Positions 13,401 through 24,934 of a DNA stretch of 64,000 bases are shown one piece after another. The first letter of the stretch is position 1, and every line of letters starts with the position of its first letter. The notes under the pieces are model-generated. The model had not been told where the DNA came from. It made no database searches and was given only the letters and a program-made list of their open reading frames with translations. The stretch lies in contig NW_026250429.1 in NCBI RefSeq assembly GCF_024521635.1, positions 248,001 to 312,000 of the forward strand, read 5' to 3'. The translations under genes and the position numbers were made by a program. This DNA is from Tricharina praecox (taxonomy: Eukaryota).

Positions 13401-14495
13401 TTTGGCGGGCATGCAGATAGGCACATATGAGGTAGATACCTGCAGTTGAATGTTTGTGGAGAGGAGGGGGATTTCCAACGAAGACTCAAGAGCAATTCCA
13501 CTTTGAGGCTATTTACGCGTAGACTGTAGGCTGAACTTCGAACTTTGAACTTTGAAGACGTCAGTTACTAGTCCCCACGGGCCATGGCCAACTATCTAAC
13601 CGGATGGGGCGGTGGTCGAGTATTCAGAGTATCTGGAGTATATAGAGTACGGTATGTACGGTATGTAGACTCGAGAGTGGGATGGCGACTCGGCGAGATG
13701 CGCCTGCGAACTGACTAGGTGCTGAAGACTTGCAGACTTGCAGGAATCACGGGCGTGGAGACACCTCCGTAACTCCGTTTCGACGATCAGCTACCTAGCT
13801 CCCTGACGACACAGTAGTTAACTATCTCGGAATTCCCAAGGTAGCGGAGAATTTGAGCGAAGCTTATGGAGCACGAATAGGAGTTAGTAGTTGCTGGGAA
13901 CTGCTATCTGTACCATCTTCCTGCTGCTGTAGCTGTAGAAAGAGAACACTGCTGAGGTTAGAGCTCGTCGGACAAGCCACAGCATGTCGGGTGAGCCACA
14001 GGTGTTGAAGCGGAGTAACTAGATATAGTTTAGTGTCGACTCTAGTTTTGACTCGAAGCTCGAAGCGGTAGCGCGGGGCCATGTCGCGTTGGTAGCCCGT
14101 ACAGGGAAACAGTCAACATGCAACCGCAGCGATGCTGCACTTCAGCAACCAACATCCAGTTGCACATCACATCGAATTGCCAACTGCTCCCCGTTCACCC
14201 CCAGCAGCGCAGCTCACAAATACCAACAGATCCCAGAAAGTGGTCCTACAAAAGAAGGAAAAGAAAAACATCGGACCGCATCCAATTCCCTTCCAACAGC
14301 TACTCCCGAGTTCTGCACTCTCGTTACCGGCCCTGCAGCTCGACTGCAGCTCCCCGCAATCAACCAACCCACTCAGAGTCCACAGAAGCCATCGGAGGAC
14401 TCTCCGGTACATACATAAGTCTACTGAGAACTTGCGCACACAGCAGCACCAGTCGTCCCCCTCTCCCCCTCCCCCACCTTCTATATCGAAACCGG

Positions 14496-16682
14496 ATGCA
14501 GTCTACTCAAGACGTCGAAGCCTGGAAGTTCCCAGCTATCAAGACCATTGTGAGCGTTGCCACAACTCCAAAGGTTTGTAAACCTGCCGGCAACCTCCTT
14601 CTGTTGTCTGGCACACACCTACGCGTGTTATCTTCTCCCCTCTCCACGAACATGCAGCTGACCGTTAATCCAGACATTCAAAGCCACCCAGACGCAGGAG
14701 GAAAGTGTGTATCCTCAACCGCAGCCTTGCGTTGCCCCCTCCCACTTCCCGGACGCATGCAAATTCAACATCTGCATCGACCGATTGCCCGCTCCCCCGC
14801 CCCCTCGAACGTCGCTTTCGTTCTTTCAATGCTCATTAGTGGTCCTCTGTCTACACAGGAATCTACTATGGCGTATACTTCTATCCCTACACCAGACCAG
14901 GGGACGATCCCGTATTCGCGGTCGTCGGCGGCACAGAGGTATCCTTCCCCCCTCCATCTTTCTATTCATCACATTTTCTCTATTCAGGTACTCATTGAGC
15001 GGTCAAGTCCCGATGTTTCTGACATTTGCATTTCGCTGTCACGTAGGTGTTGATCATTCGCCCGAATGATATGAACGGCTTCGAGATAATAATGGCTTTT
15101 CAAGACGATGTGGTAGCTACACCTGGCCGAGTACTTGAATTCACAAACTAGAATCGCTTTACTAACCCCGGGTGATTTTGATATGTACCAGAGCAACCTA
15201 CTACACCCCCACCCCCTGTCGGCTGAGGGCTCCCTGCTGAGCTAATGTTAGGGATTCGGCGGCGGCGGTGGACTCAGTGCTGGGTGCTGGACTGTAGACA
15301 AGCATACGGGTGCCCCATTATTGGCCGTTGGCGGCTCGGGATCCGTCGTCAAGATTCTCGATATTTGGCAGGGTGAATGTGTCCAGGTGAGTCCGCATTC
15401 GGGCTGTTTTTGGTGGAGTTTGGTGTGACAATAGATACTGATCTGGGTTTGAACAGACATTGACCGGACACGGTGAGGTTAGTTGGTGTACCAAAGTGGT
15501 GTATACGGCGAGATGCTGAATCTCGCTGCAGGAACTTATGGACCTCGTGACGTCCCCTATTGACCAAAGCATCATCGTTACCACCGGTGCTGACACGACC
15601 ATCAGATTTTGGTCGTTGGATCCGGCGCATCAGAAGCAGCCATGCTCCATAATATGTGCCGGCGAAGACCATCGGGAAACGGTCCTCACGATAGTCAGTA
15701 CCGAGTGTCCGTGGTGGGAGGCATGAGGTCAGAGGCACTCGACTGACTGCTGGGAAAAGGCGTTCCACCACACAGGTCGTTACCTTCTTTCCGGAGGCAT
15801 GGATCACTCTGTAAATCTGGTAGGCCGCTCGAGATCTGCCACTACATGATATCGATCCAGCCTCCGCTAACCTTTCACCCAGTGGGTAATACCGGAGGAT
15901 GCAGGTGAGATGGCCGGGACCGACAAGCCCAAGCGGATAATGTACCCGCACTTCTCGACTGCCATGATCCACACCAACTACGTCGACTGGTATGCACTTC
16001 CCCCTGCCACACATCCCGTTCCGTCAACAGGGTTGGAGCGATCACCCCACACTGCACACACGTCCCTCTAACCTCCGGTGGCTGCAGTGTCGCGTTCCAC
16101 GGCGACTACATCCTCTCTCGCGCCGCTGACGAGAACATCATCGTCCTCTGGGCGATCCAAAACTTCAGTTCTAAGGACCCACCTCCCGGGCCCGAGCTCG
16201 CGCCCACCACGCACGAGTACCGCGACACGCGCTCCGCCTTCGGCGGCAGCTTCGAGCGGCTCCTGCAGTTCCAAGCTAACGACACGATCCCGTTCTACAT
16301 GCACTTCAACCTGTTCGCCTCGCCCGGGCACCACCCGCTGCTCGCCATGGGCGCCACCACCGGCCGCGTCTACCTCTGGGACCTCTACATGATCGAGCAG
16401 TACGGCCGCGGCGCCGGCATCGGCGACGACGTTGCCTCCTCTGTCCCCCCCGCTCGTGAATCTAGCTGCAGCGTTACGCCGGGCGCGGGAACTCCTGCCC
16501 CTGGCAAGGTCCATGTCAAGAGAGACGATATCAGTGAGCTCTTTGGAAAGGTCCGCCCGCATGCTACCCTTGAGTTTAAGCAGGCAAAGGGCGGCGTTAG
16601 ACACATTGCTTTCTCGAACGATGGGAGGTACATGGTGGCCGTGGGACATATGAGCCAGATCAATATTTGTAAGAGGTGGTAG
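14496..16682 (+). CDS. EED: WD40-repeat Polycomb protein EED/ESC (PRC2 subunit), about 443 aa, 10 exons
   Basis: Exons 14496-14573, 14674-14704, 14859-14938, 15047-15109, 15252-15386, 15457-15477, 15532-15693, 15760-15819, 15883-15989 and 16088-16682 give 1332 nt in frame. Motifs: FYPY..DPVFAVVG, CWTVDKHTGAPLLAVGG, TLTGHGE, IRFWSL, ICAGEDHRETVLTIAFHHTGRYLLSGGMDHSVNLW, YPHFSTAMIHTNYVDCVAFHGDYILSRA, IVLW, PFYMHF. The two 5' exons are less certain. Confidence 0.88.
15110..15251 (+). other. Probable [D3,4] spliceosomal twin intron (stwintron) in EED
   Basis: Inner intron 15113-15191 (GTAGCT..TACTAAC..CAG). Its excision joins GTG (15110-15112) to AGC (15192-15194), making a GTGAGC donor for an outer intron ending at GCTAATGTTAG (15251). 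Confidence 0.65.
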
Positions 16683-17631
16683 CCTAGTAGGGTGTGGCTT
16701 AGGGTGGGGTCGGGAGGTACATTATGCAGTTTGATTCTTCTTGACAATACCAATACAAAAAGTCTCTACTATCTGGTGTAGGGGATAAGAGGTGCATACA
16801 TTCTATATAGGCGTGTGTAGATGAGCCAACACGAGACCCCATAGTTATTAGGATGACAATGAAGCGCTAAAAACATAATCCTATCTATTTAGCAGAGCCC
16901 AATCAAGACAAAACTCGTAACCCCCCGCGAGCAGACAGGCGATACTCGAGTGATATATTGTGACTTCGATCAGATGGAGAAAGTTGTACGTATCGTCCGG
17001 CCTCCTCTGCCTCTTCTATCCCTAGAGGCTAGGTACACGGGCCGAATACAAGTGTAGGTGGGAACATCCGCCACAACCACCACGGCTGCCACCACCTACC
17101 CATCTTGTCCGTTTATGGAGGCGACTCCAGAGCTGAGAGATGTAGGTAGTAGGCATTGTGTGTGTGTTGCATACTAGGCGGGTAGGTTGGAAGCTGTTAT
17201 CGACATCCCCCAACCCCCCATGTTGTACATTTATCGAGGCAACGCAGATGCAGGTAGTAAGCATTGTGTGTGTTATGTTGATGGGTAGTTACAGTGGATT
17301 GTAGGCGGTTCAGTTGTGTTCTGGTTCTGCGGGTTTTGCGGGTTCTGGGGATTGCGGATTCTGCGGTTTCCGGCCCGGCTGGCGGATTTTCGAGTTGGAA
17401 GTTGTTGCAGTGCCAGTGGTGCAGTTTTCTCATGATCTTGGAGCCGGGCACGAAGTTGAAACGTGAGCTGAGCCGTCGAGTTGTTTGACTTTTGAACTGG
17501 GCAGGTTCGCTGAGTCTTGGGTCTGAAGCTGAGTCAATTGCTGGTGTTGGCTCAGTGCAGGTGGTGAAGTTAGAGCAGTTTGCTCACGATCTTTGAGACT
17601 TTGGACCCCGTTGGAACTTGAGTGGTCAAGC

Positions 17632-18307
17632 TGTTTGACTCTGCTCTGGTAGGTTCGCAGACCTAGGATCTCGAGTCTTGAGTCTTGAGTCTTGAGTGAC
17701 GAGTCTGGAATCTGGATGTGGTCAACTGCAGCTGGGTCATTTGGTGCAGTGCAGCGCCGTTTCGGCCTGAAGCTGATTGTCCCAGTTCCAAGTTCCAACA
17801 GTAGTCTGCTGGGATTCTGACCCTTTCGCGCATCGTGGGTCGGACCCGGTGGTATAGTGTCGATGGTATACTAGGTAGGCAGTGTAATCTTCGAAGTCCG
17901 CACCACTAAATACCCACCACCAAACCTAACGCTCCGGTAGTGCAGAGTGTCAAGATTAGACGTCCGGAAGGCTTTTGACTTTGCACTGGGCAGTGGGCAG
18001 GTTCGCTGATCTGGTGTCTCGAGTCTTAAGTCTTGAGTCTTGAGTGACGAGTCTGGATGTGGTTAACTGCAGCTGGCTCATTTGGTGCAGTGCAGCGCCG
18101 TTTCGGCCTGAAGCTGATTGTCCCAGTTCCAAGTTCCAACTGTAGTCTGCTGGGCCTCTGATCCTTTCGCGCATCGTGGGTCGGTGGTGTAGATTCGATG
18201 GTATACTATAGGTAGGCAGTGTAATCTTCGAGGTCCGCGGCGCTAGATACCCACCAAACCTAACGCTCCTGCAGTGCAGAGTGTCAAGATTAGACTTCCG
18301 GAAGGCT
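17632..18307. repeat. Tandem duplication of a ~340-bp unit (2 copies, plus a short partial copy near 17484-17520)
   Basis: Long shared blocks, e.g. CATTTGGTGCAGTGCAGCGCCGTTTCGGCCTGAAGCTGATTGTCCCAGTTCCAAGTTCCAAC at ~17738 and ~18079, and AGTGCAGAGTGTCAAGATTAGAC at ~17939 and ~18273. Confidence 0.9.
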
Positions 18308-19318
18308 CTATGTAGAAGATCCACGATCCGGAAGGTTCCACCTGATGACGCGGACGCGGACCGTGCTCGTCTCACTCTTCAGAAGCCGAAGGATTTGAGT
18401 ATCTCCTGCGTAAGAGTACTCTGCCTTGGACAAGACGAACGTGTATATAGAGGGCCGAGCTGGCCCGACGAGAAGTAGATAATCGGCCGAACATTGTCTG
18501 TCTATCTATCCATTCCTATCTCTATCCTCCATATTCTTGACACAGAGAACGACGCTTGGTCCCGACTCCCGCCCGGAGCACTGTAAAACTGTCTAGAGTG
18601 GACGTAAACCCCGTGGTGTGTGTGCATGCTGGTTGGTGGGATAAGGCAGTCACTGTCTTAAGGCGCAGATGGGTACTGGTTACGACCTAGGTCCCAGGTA
18701 GTGAAGCGGGATTGATTGTGGTTGAAGGTGATCGAGATGTATGATATATGCCGCCAAGGGTTGAGCTGGTGGCTGTATCTGTCGTTGTATCTGTGGTTAT
18801 ATTTGTAGTTGTACTTGTATCTGTGTTCGTAGTTGTAGTTGTATTTGTGGTTATATTTGTGTTCGTGGTTTTGGTTGTGTTGTGTTGTGTGAAGGAGGGA
18901 AAGAAGGGATCGGAGAAGGGGGGGTACATATACAATTGGGGCTGTGACATGGAATCTTCTGGAGTCGTCTATTAGACTTACTTGCTTGCTACATATGCTG
19001 AGAGACCCACGGGTAGGTGGTCCACGTCGTCTTCTAGGGCAAAGAGCTCACTGGAAGCCGCCGGTCTAACAGCGGCTTCCAGGCTGCGATGTGGTGGATA
19101 GGTCTCCGCCTGCCCTACGACTGCCCAGTTTGAGTGACATATTGTTGTCTCGGACCCACTTTGCAGATAATGAGTCACACAATCAATTAGTTGTTAATTA
19201 GCGAGTGACATCTCATGTTCCAACCTGTAATTTTGATGGTACAAGAGAAAAACCGCAAATCCCAGAAAGCGACAAACCAAGTACTCCATGCCCCAACAAT
19301 GAGTGACGAACCAGTGAC

Positions 19319-20371
19319 CTACTCGTCATCATCATCCACAGATACGACGGTCTCCCTCCTGCTCTTTTTCCTTCTCGCCCCGCCCCGCTCATTCTTGACT
19401 TTTGAACGCGTCGGCTGTTCGTCCTCCTCCTCCTCCTCTTCCTCTTCGTCGGCACCACGATTATCCCTCGCAATATCCCTCTCGCGCTTCCGCCTCTCCT
19501 CAGTCGCGCGATGCCTCGCCAGCTTCATCATGATGAACTTATTCGGCTCCAGGTCCCTGCGGGCAAAGTTCTGACTGCAGCCATTCGCGGGACAAGTCAT
19601 ATTCGCATGATTCCCTAGCAGCTGGATGATCGCATCTTTCTCGAACGTATGGCCACATTTCGGGGCGCGCACAGGATCCGTAAACTCCCGCTGCGTGAGC
19701 GGACACTTGTAGCTCTCGGTTTGCCGCGCGATCTGGAGATCGTCCTCGTCCTCGTCCTCGTCCTCGTCGTCCGCGGCGCCGACACGGAACCACTCTCTCG
19801 CCGACTGCGGGGGGATATCCGGGTTGCGGGCGTCCCAGTACGTCCGCCGGAACAGCTCGTAGTCCTTGTGGTTGGCGTACTTCTCGAACTCAGACAGGGC
19901 CTCCCAGCGCTCGCGGCGCGCCTTGACCCCGTCCGAGAACCGTCCCCACACGCCCTCCTCAACGCGCACAACCGTGAGCTCCCCCGCCGGCGGCGGCGTC
20001 ACCTCTCGCGCCCGTATCTCCTCTTCCTCGACAATCTGCACGATCACGTCCTTGCAGTCCGTCACGCTGCGGCGGTAGTCGACGAGCCGCTTCGCACTGC
20101 TGTCGAGCCCCTCCAGGAGCTGCACCATCGAATCCTTCTCCTCGCCGACGGCGAAGAGGCTGCGCTGTCCGAGATCGCTGGCTGACGACGCGAGGAGCAC
20201 TCGTGCCCGCCGGAGGAGCTCACTGTCTTTCTTCGTGTTCTCGAGGAAGTCTTGTGTCAGCTGTGGAATGGCGCGAGGGTGCAGCGGGAGGATTGGCGGT
20301 TCGTAGGCGGGGAGCCGCGATTGGCTTTGACTGGGCGGGGATTCGGAGCGTCTATAGGTATAACGCGACAT
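19319..20371 (-). CDS. NSE2: Smc5/6 complex SUMO E3 ligase Nse2/Mms21 (SP-RING), about 350 aa
   Basis: Intronless ORF from ACC-ATG at 20371. Contains YANHKDYELFRRTYWD, acidic DEDDLQI, and SP-RING CPLTQREFTDPVRAPKCGHTFEKDAIIQLL...CPANGC. Confidence 0.88.
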   Translation of the reverse strand: MSRYTYRRSESPPSQSQSRLPAYEPPILPLHPRAIPQLTQDFLENTKKDSELLRRARVLLASSASDLGQRSLFAVGEEKDSMVQLLEGLDSSAKRLVDYRRSVTDCKDVIVQIVEEEEIRAREVTPPPAGELTVVRVEEGVWGRFSDGVKARRERWEALSEFEKYANHKDYELFRRTYWDARNPDIPPQSAREWFRVGAADDEDEDEDEDDLQIARQTESYKCPLTQREFTDPVRAPKCGHTFEKDAIIQLLGNHANMTCPANGCSQNFARRDLEPNKFIMMKLARHRATEERRKRERDIARDNRGADEEEEEEEEDEQPTRSKVKNERGGARRKKSRRETVVSVDDDDE

Positions 20372-20523
20372 GGTGATGGTGGGGGAGGCTGTTGTGGTGA
20401 AGGTGGTAGTAGTGGTAGTGGTGGTGGTGGTGGTGGTGGGATAGTTATGGTGGGGCGGCGCAGATATCACCGAGCGTAACGAGCACCAGTAACTTTATCA
20501 CGATGCTCGCGGCCTCGCCCAAA

Positions 20524-20570
20524 CCGCGTCTGCGGCTCCATCAAACCCAGCAGTATTCAACGCGTCGCGT
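20524..20570. promoter_or_regulatory. MCB-like (ACGCGT/CGCG) elements in the Nse2-Rad55 bidirectional promoter
   Basis: ACGCGT at 20560-20565 overlapping TCGCGT at 20565-20570, and CCGCGT at 20524-20529, all within a 238-bp divergent intergenic gap. Confidence 0.55.
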
Positions 20571-20609
20571 CAGCCAGCCGGTAACCTCCGTCCTCCACCT
20601 TCCGCAACA

Positions 20610-21907
20610 ATGAGCAGTACACCGACACGCACGCCAACATCCACCCCACCACGTGTGTCCCCTCCCCCGTCGCTCCCCCTCCCTACCCCCCTCCGACCAC
20701 AAGCCGCGCTAACCCCCCAGACCGCCTGCAAACCATCTCCCTCACGCAAGCGCTCTCGCAGCAATCCTCGCAGCACACGCGGCTGTCCACGGGGTCTCAC
20801 GCGGTCGACTCGCTTTTGCACGGGGGGCTTCCGCGCGCACAAGTGACAGAGATTTGCGGGCCGCCTGGGTCGGGGAAGACGCAATTCCTGCTATCACTGC
20901 TGACACAATTCCTGCCGTCAAGCGCGCAGACAGCACAGACAGCGGTATGGATATCGTGCACGACTTCGCCGGCGCAGCTGCCGGAGGGAGGGGGGCGGGT
21001 ACGACACTTTGTGGCGCCGACGCTGGCGCACCTGCTCGCGCTGCTGCCGCGGGTGGCCGCCATGGACGGCGTGGGCTGTGTGCTCGTCGACGACGTGTCG
21101 GATCCGTTTACCACCGCGTTTCCGCCGGGCCTGGGCGGTGAGGCGAAGCGCCGCCCCGCGCTGCTGACCGCGGTCATGGCGGAGCTGGGGAGGATCGCCG
21201 CGACGAAACATGCGGTTGTCGCTGTCGCTGTGCAGATGGGCACGAGAGTTGTGAGGGGTGTGGGTGGTGTCCTGCAGAGCTCGCTGGGGGCTGCGCAGTG
21301 GACTGGTGGGCTTGCGGTGAGGATGGTGGTGCTTAGGACTGGGGATGGTGGGCGGGAGGTCAGGGTGCTGAAGATGGGGGGGAGGGAGGCGGGGGAGGAG
21401 GGGCTGGCCAGGGCGAGGGTGGAGGTGGGCGGGGATGGGTGGGCGGATGTGGAGGGCTGGCAGGAGGAGGAGGAGGACGGGATGGAGGCCCTTAGGGAGG
21501 CCGAGTCACAGCAGTCCCAGAGACCGAAGGTGTCGCTCCGGCTCACGCCGAAGAAGGCACCGCCGCTACCGCCGTCTACGTCCACAGGGAAACGGAAACG
21601 GTCGGAGACGGGCATTGCGGCAGGGGTGATACCTGATAGCGATGACGAGGGCGACGATACAGAGCTCGAGGAGGGCGTGGGGGAAGACGAGTTTGGCTGG
21701 GGCGACGATGGGATATTTGAGATTGGGGAGAAAGGGATTCAGGAGGCGGCGGAGTTAGAGCCTGCGGGAGAGGGCGAGGCGGCAGAGTCTGGCGGGTTCG
21801 AGACCGCTGCTGCTGATGATGGTGATGCTGATGAACATCCTGATGGAGTAGAGGATACTACTGGCTCTCCATCGCCAGTGGTCATACGGAACGACGATAC
21901 TACGTGA
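20610..21907 (+). CDS. RAD55: RecA/RAD51-paralog DNA repair protein, Rad55/Rhp55-like, about 409 aa
   Basis: Exon 20610-20652, intron GTGTGT..GCTAAC..CAG, exon 20721-21907. HRLQTISLTQAL...LSTGSHAVDSLLHGGLPRAQVTEICGPPGSGKT (Walker A), HFVAPTLAHLLALL, VLVDD (Walker B), and a C-terminal VIPDSDDE. Paralog identity (Rad55 rather than another paralog) is inferred. Confidence 0.78.
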
Positions 21908-22555
21908 TACCACGGGTTGTATTTTGCATATTATTCTCCTGCCGACATCTTGAGCTGGTAGTAACTTTTAATCCATCGAGTTATCCACAACAGAGTAAAG
22001 AGCCGAGTGCTCTGATGTGTCCGGCTCGGAGGATGTGACACCCATGAGATTAGGCTATCACAAACTCTATTAACTTTACATACGAGCGTGTTCTGGACCG
22101 GCACGACTAGTCAGCCGCCAACGATAAGACGAACGGTGACATTCACGGACGATGCAGACATGGCGCTGAATAAGCTTCACCACGGTACCTACGCTCCTCC
22201 GGCGACATCTGGCACGCCGAGTCGCCGCTGCTCGAAGTGACCGTACATACTTCATACAAAGCAGCCGACTGGTATATATCTCCACATCCTCCGGAAATAT
22301 GAAAACATCGCCTACCACACATATCTAGCGTCCCAGCGTACCTGTCTATCGCGCCAGCCCTGTTGCAAGGGTTCAAAAAAAAGTGCCAAACTAGTTCGTT
22401 AGTTACTGCAGGGCCCACTTCAATTCACCTCTCCGGCCTCCGGAGTTCCAACTTCTCATCCTTCAAAAACAAAACAGTACTCCGGGCTCTCCCTCCCCCA
22501 CAGTCTCTATCGTCCCCACAGCGCCCACGGCCTCTATCGTCCCATCCCCAGCAAC

Positions 22556-23771
22556 ATGGACCTAGAAACCCTCCCCCTCCCGGGCCTATTCCTGACCGCG
22601 CTGATCGCCAGCGGGCTGCTGTACCTCTTCTCGTTCTCGTCCCCGCCCTCCTCCACCTCCACCACCACCACCACCACCGAGGCAACAATAAACAGCAGCA
22701 CCACCTCCACCACCCCCACCACCACCGCCGCCTCCACCGACGAAACACCCCACGTCGCCGCGCTCTGGATCTACCCGATCAAGTCATGCCGCGGAATCTC
22801 CGTACACAGCGCGCAGGTCGTGGCGACGGGGCTGCAGCACGATCGGCAGTTTACTTTTGCCGTGCGCCCGGCGGGGGGTGAGGAGGGGGAGTGGACGTTC
22901 ATCACGCAGCGGCAGTACCCGCTGCTGTCGCGGGTTTCGACGGGGATCGCGGGGGAGGAGCTGTGTGTCCGCTGGCCTGCTGGTCGGCGGTCGTGGTGGG
23001 GGTGGGGCGGGGATAGGACAGCTGGGTTCAGTGTAGGACTCGCCCCACCCGCACCCTCCGAGCAGACGCTGACGCTGCGAGTCCGCGTGTGGAAAGACAC
23101 TGTATGCGCGTACCGCGCCCCGATGCCCACCTCGGCGCTGTCAGCACTACACTCCTTCCTCGACATTCCCCACGGACAGGAGCTGGCACTCTGTCGTGTC
23201 AGCGAAGTGCGCGAAGTATTCCGCTGCGCGCCCCGCAAGGAAACGCTGGGCTGGCAGGTTGTTACGGGGTTCGCTGATACGGTTCGTCCCCCGCCCTCTT
23301 CCCCCACCCCGCTCCCCCCTCCCCACTCAAGCTAACGGGAAATAAAAACAACAGTATCCAATCCACCTCCTCTCCCTCTCCTCGATCGCCTCCCTCGGCT
23401 CCCTTCCCGCCATCTCCTCCACGCTCGGCCCCCTCTCCCCGACCCGCTTCCGCGCGAACCTGCACATCGCCGGCGCCGCAGCATTCGACGAGGACGGCTG
23501 GAAGCGCTTCTCGCTGGGCGGATCCATGTATACCGCCGCCTGCCGCACTGTGCGCTGCCGCATGCCGAACGTGGATCCCGAGACGGGGGTCAAGCACCCG
23601 ATTGAGCCGGATCGCACGATGAGGGAAACTAGGTGTGTGGATGAGGGCGCAAAGGGGAGCGCCTGTTTGGGGCTGCAGGTGCTGTGTGAACAGCGGGAGG
23701 GGGCGACGGTCAAAGTGGGGGATCGCCTGGTGGTCACGGAGAGGGGGGCGCATAGGTATATCAAGCAGTAA
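22556..23771 (+). CDS. MOSC-domain (mARC-like) protein with N-terminal membrane anchor, about 380 aa
   Basis: Exons 22556-23281 and 23355-23771 (GTTCGT..GCTAAC..CAG). Motifs LWIYPIKSCRG, GLQHDRQF, FITQRQYP, GFADTYPIHLL, RFRANL, EDGW, RTVRCRMPNVDPETG, TVKVGD. Confidence 0.9.
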
Positions 23772-24808
23772 CATGAGCGGGTGTCGGTGGGGAGTTTGGG
23801 CTGGCGTAGAGGTTACATAGAAGGTTGTTTTTGTTTGGCCGTGAGGGCCGACTGCAGCGTAGATATCATAGACATAGAATAGAATACCCAAGTAAATAGA
23901 AAGCAATATGTTTCACGACTCCTCACTCGTATTTAGTGGCCACCGTCATGACTCAACAACGTAATCCAACGTAAAACTGCAGCATTACACGGCTGAAGAG
24001 TATCATATGTAGAATAGAATACCTAGAATACCCCATAGGTATTGAGCAGTGTACTAAAGTCGAAAGCATTAAGTATGTAGGCCTTACATAATCCTAAGAA
24101 ATAAAAACAACACCCGTATAAGCCAGCCAGCCATAAGCACGCCGAACTCAAAAGGCCTCCGTATTTAAGGGTTATTTCAAAATAAGGCTAGTTAATTGTC
24201 TCGTTTCCCTAAAATTCTCGTAACTCATGCATAGAGTAATGCCTATGCAGCGAAAACCACCACCACCACCACCACCACCACCACCACCACCACATAAACC
24301 GGCCTTCTCACTTTGTAAGCCTCATACATAGCTTTCGTCAGGCCTAGGTATATCGTCATTGTTTCAGTGCACTGCACTACACTGCCGTACAGTAATCACT
24401 GGGAAACTGGGAAACTGGCAGGTTGGGTGAAGCATTATGGGATGTATCAGCCCGGGACAGAAAACCCAGTATGATGTAAGCGTTCAATGAGCCTTATTCG
24501 AACTTTGGGTTCTACATATCAGTCTTATGAGTTAGCAGCTCACACCTATGCGAAAATCAGACTGCGTGACACGGAAATTCTTATATCGGCCTTGTGTTCA
24601 TCTAGCACTGGCACTCCGAGCAGGAGATGTCGTGCCCAGCGCACGCCGCACTGCACTGGGTGCGGGATCGAGAGGAGCTCAAGGTAGCAGTCACTACAGA
24701 GGAGAGAGCTGGGATGGGGGGGTTGATTGTCTGTTCTGTTCTGTAGATGATGGTGAGAGAGACAGTGAGAGAGGCAGCTCCGACAGCTCATCCTCTTGCC
24801 CACAGGAG

Positions 24809-24915
24809 TCCATCGGCTTCAATAAAACCCGCCAGATATGTAATGTCCTAACGCGTTATTAGGCGCAGAAGGTTTTGAAGACAGATCTGATGAAGGTTGT
24901 TTTGCAGTTAAAAGT
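24809..24915 (-). pseudogene. LAGLIDADG homing-endonuclease fragment, probable NUMT
   Basis: Minus strand 24838-24809 encodes YLAGFIEADG. The adjacent upstream frame reads ...SSKPSAPNNALGHY; removing a 4-nt ACAT insertion gives NNALGHYLAGFIEADG. Confidence 0.5.
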
Positions 24916-24934
24916 TAAAATCCCTAGAGCTCAC

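Noticed and set aside
21981..21989. TTATCCACA (bacterial DnaA box), also near 25195
   Set aside because: The sequence is fungal nuclear DNA, and isolated 9-mers have no origin context.
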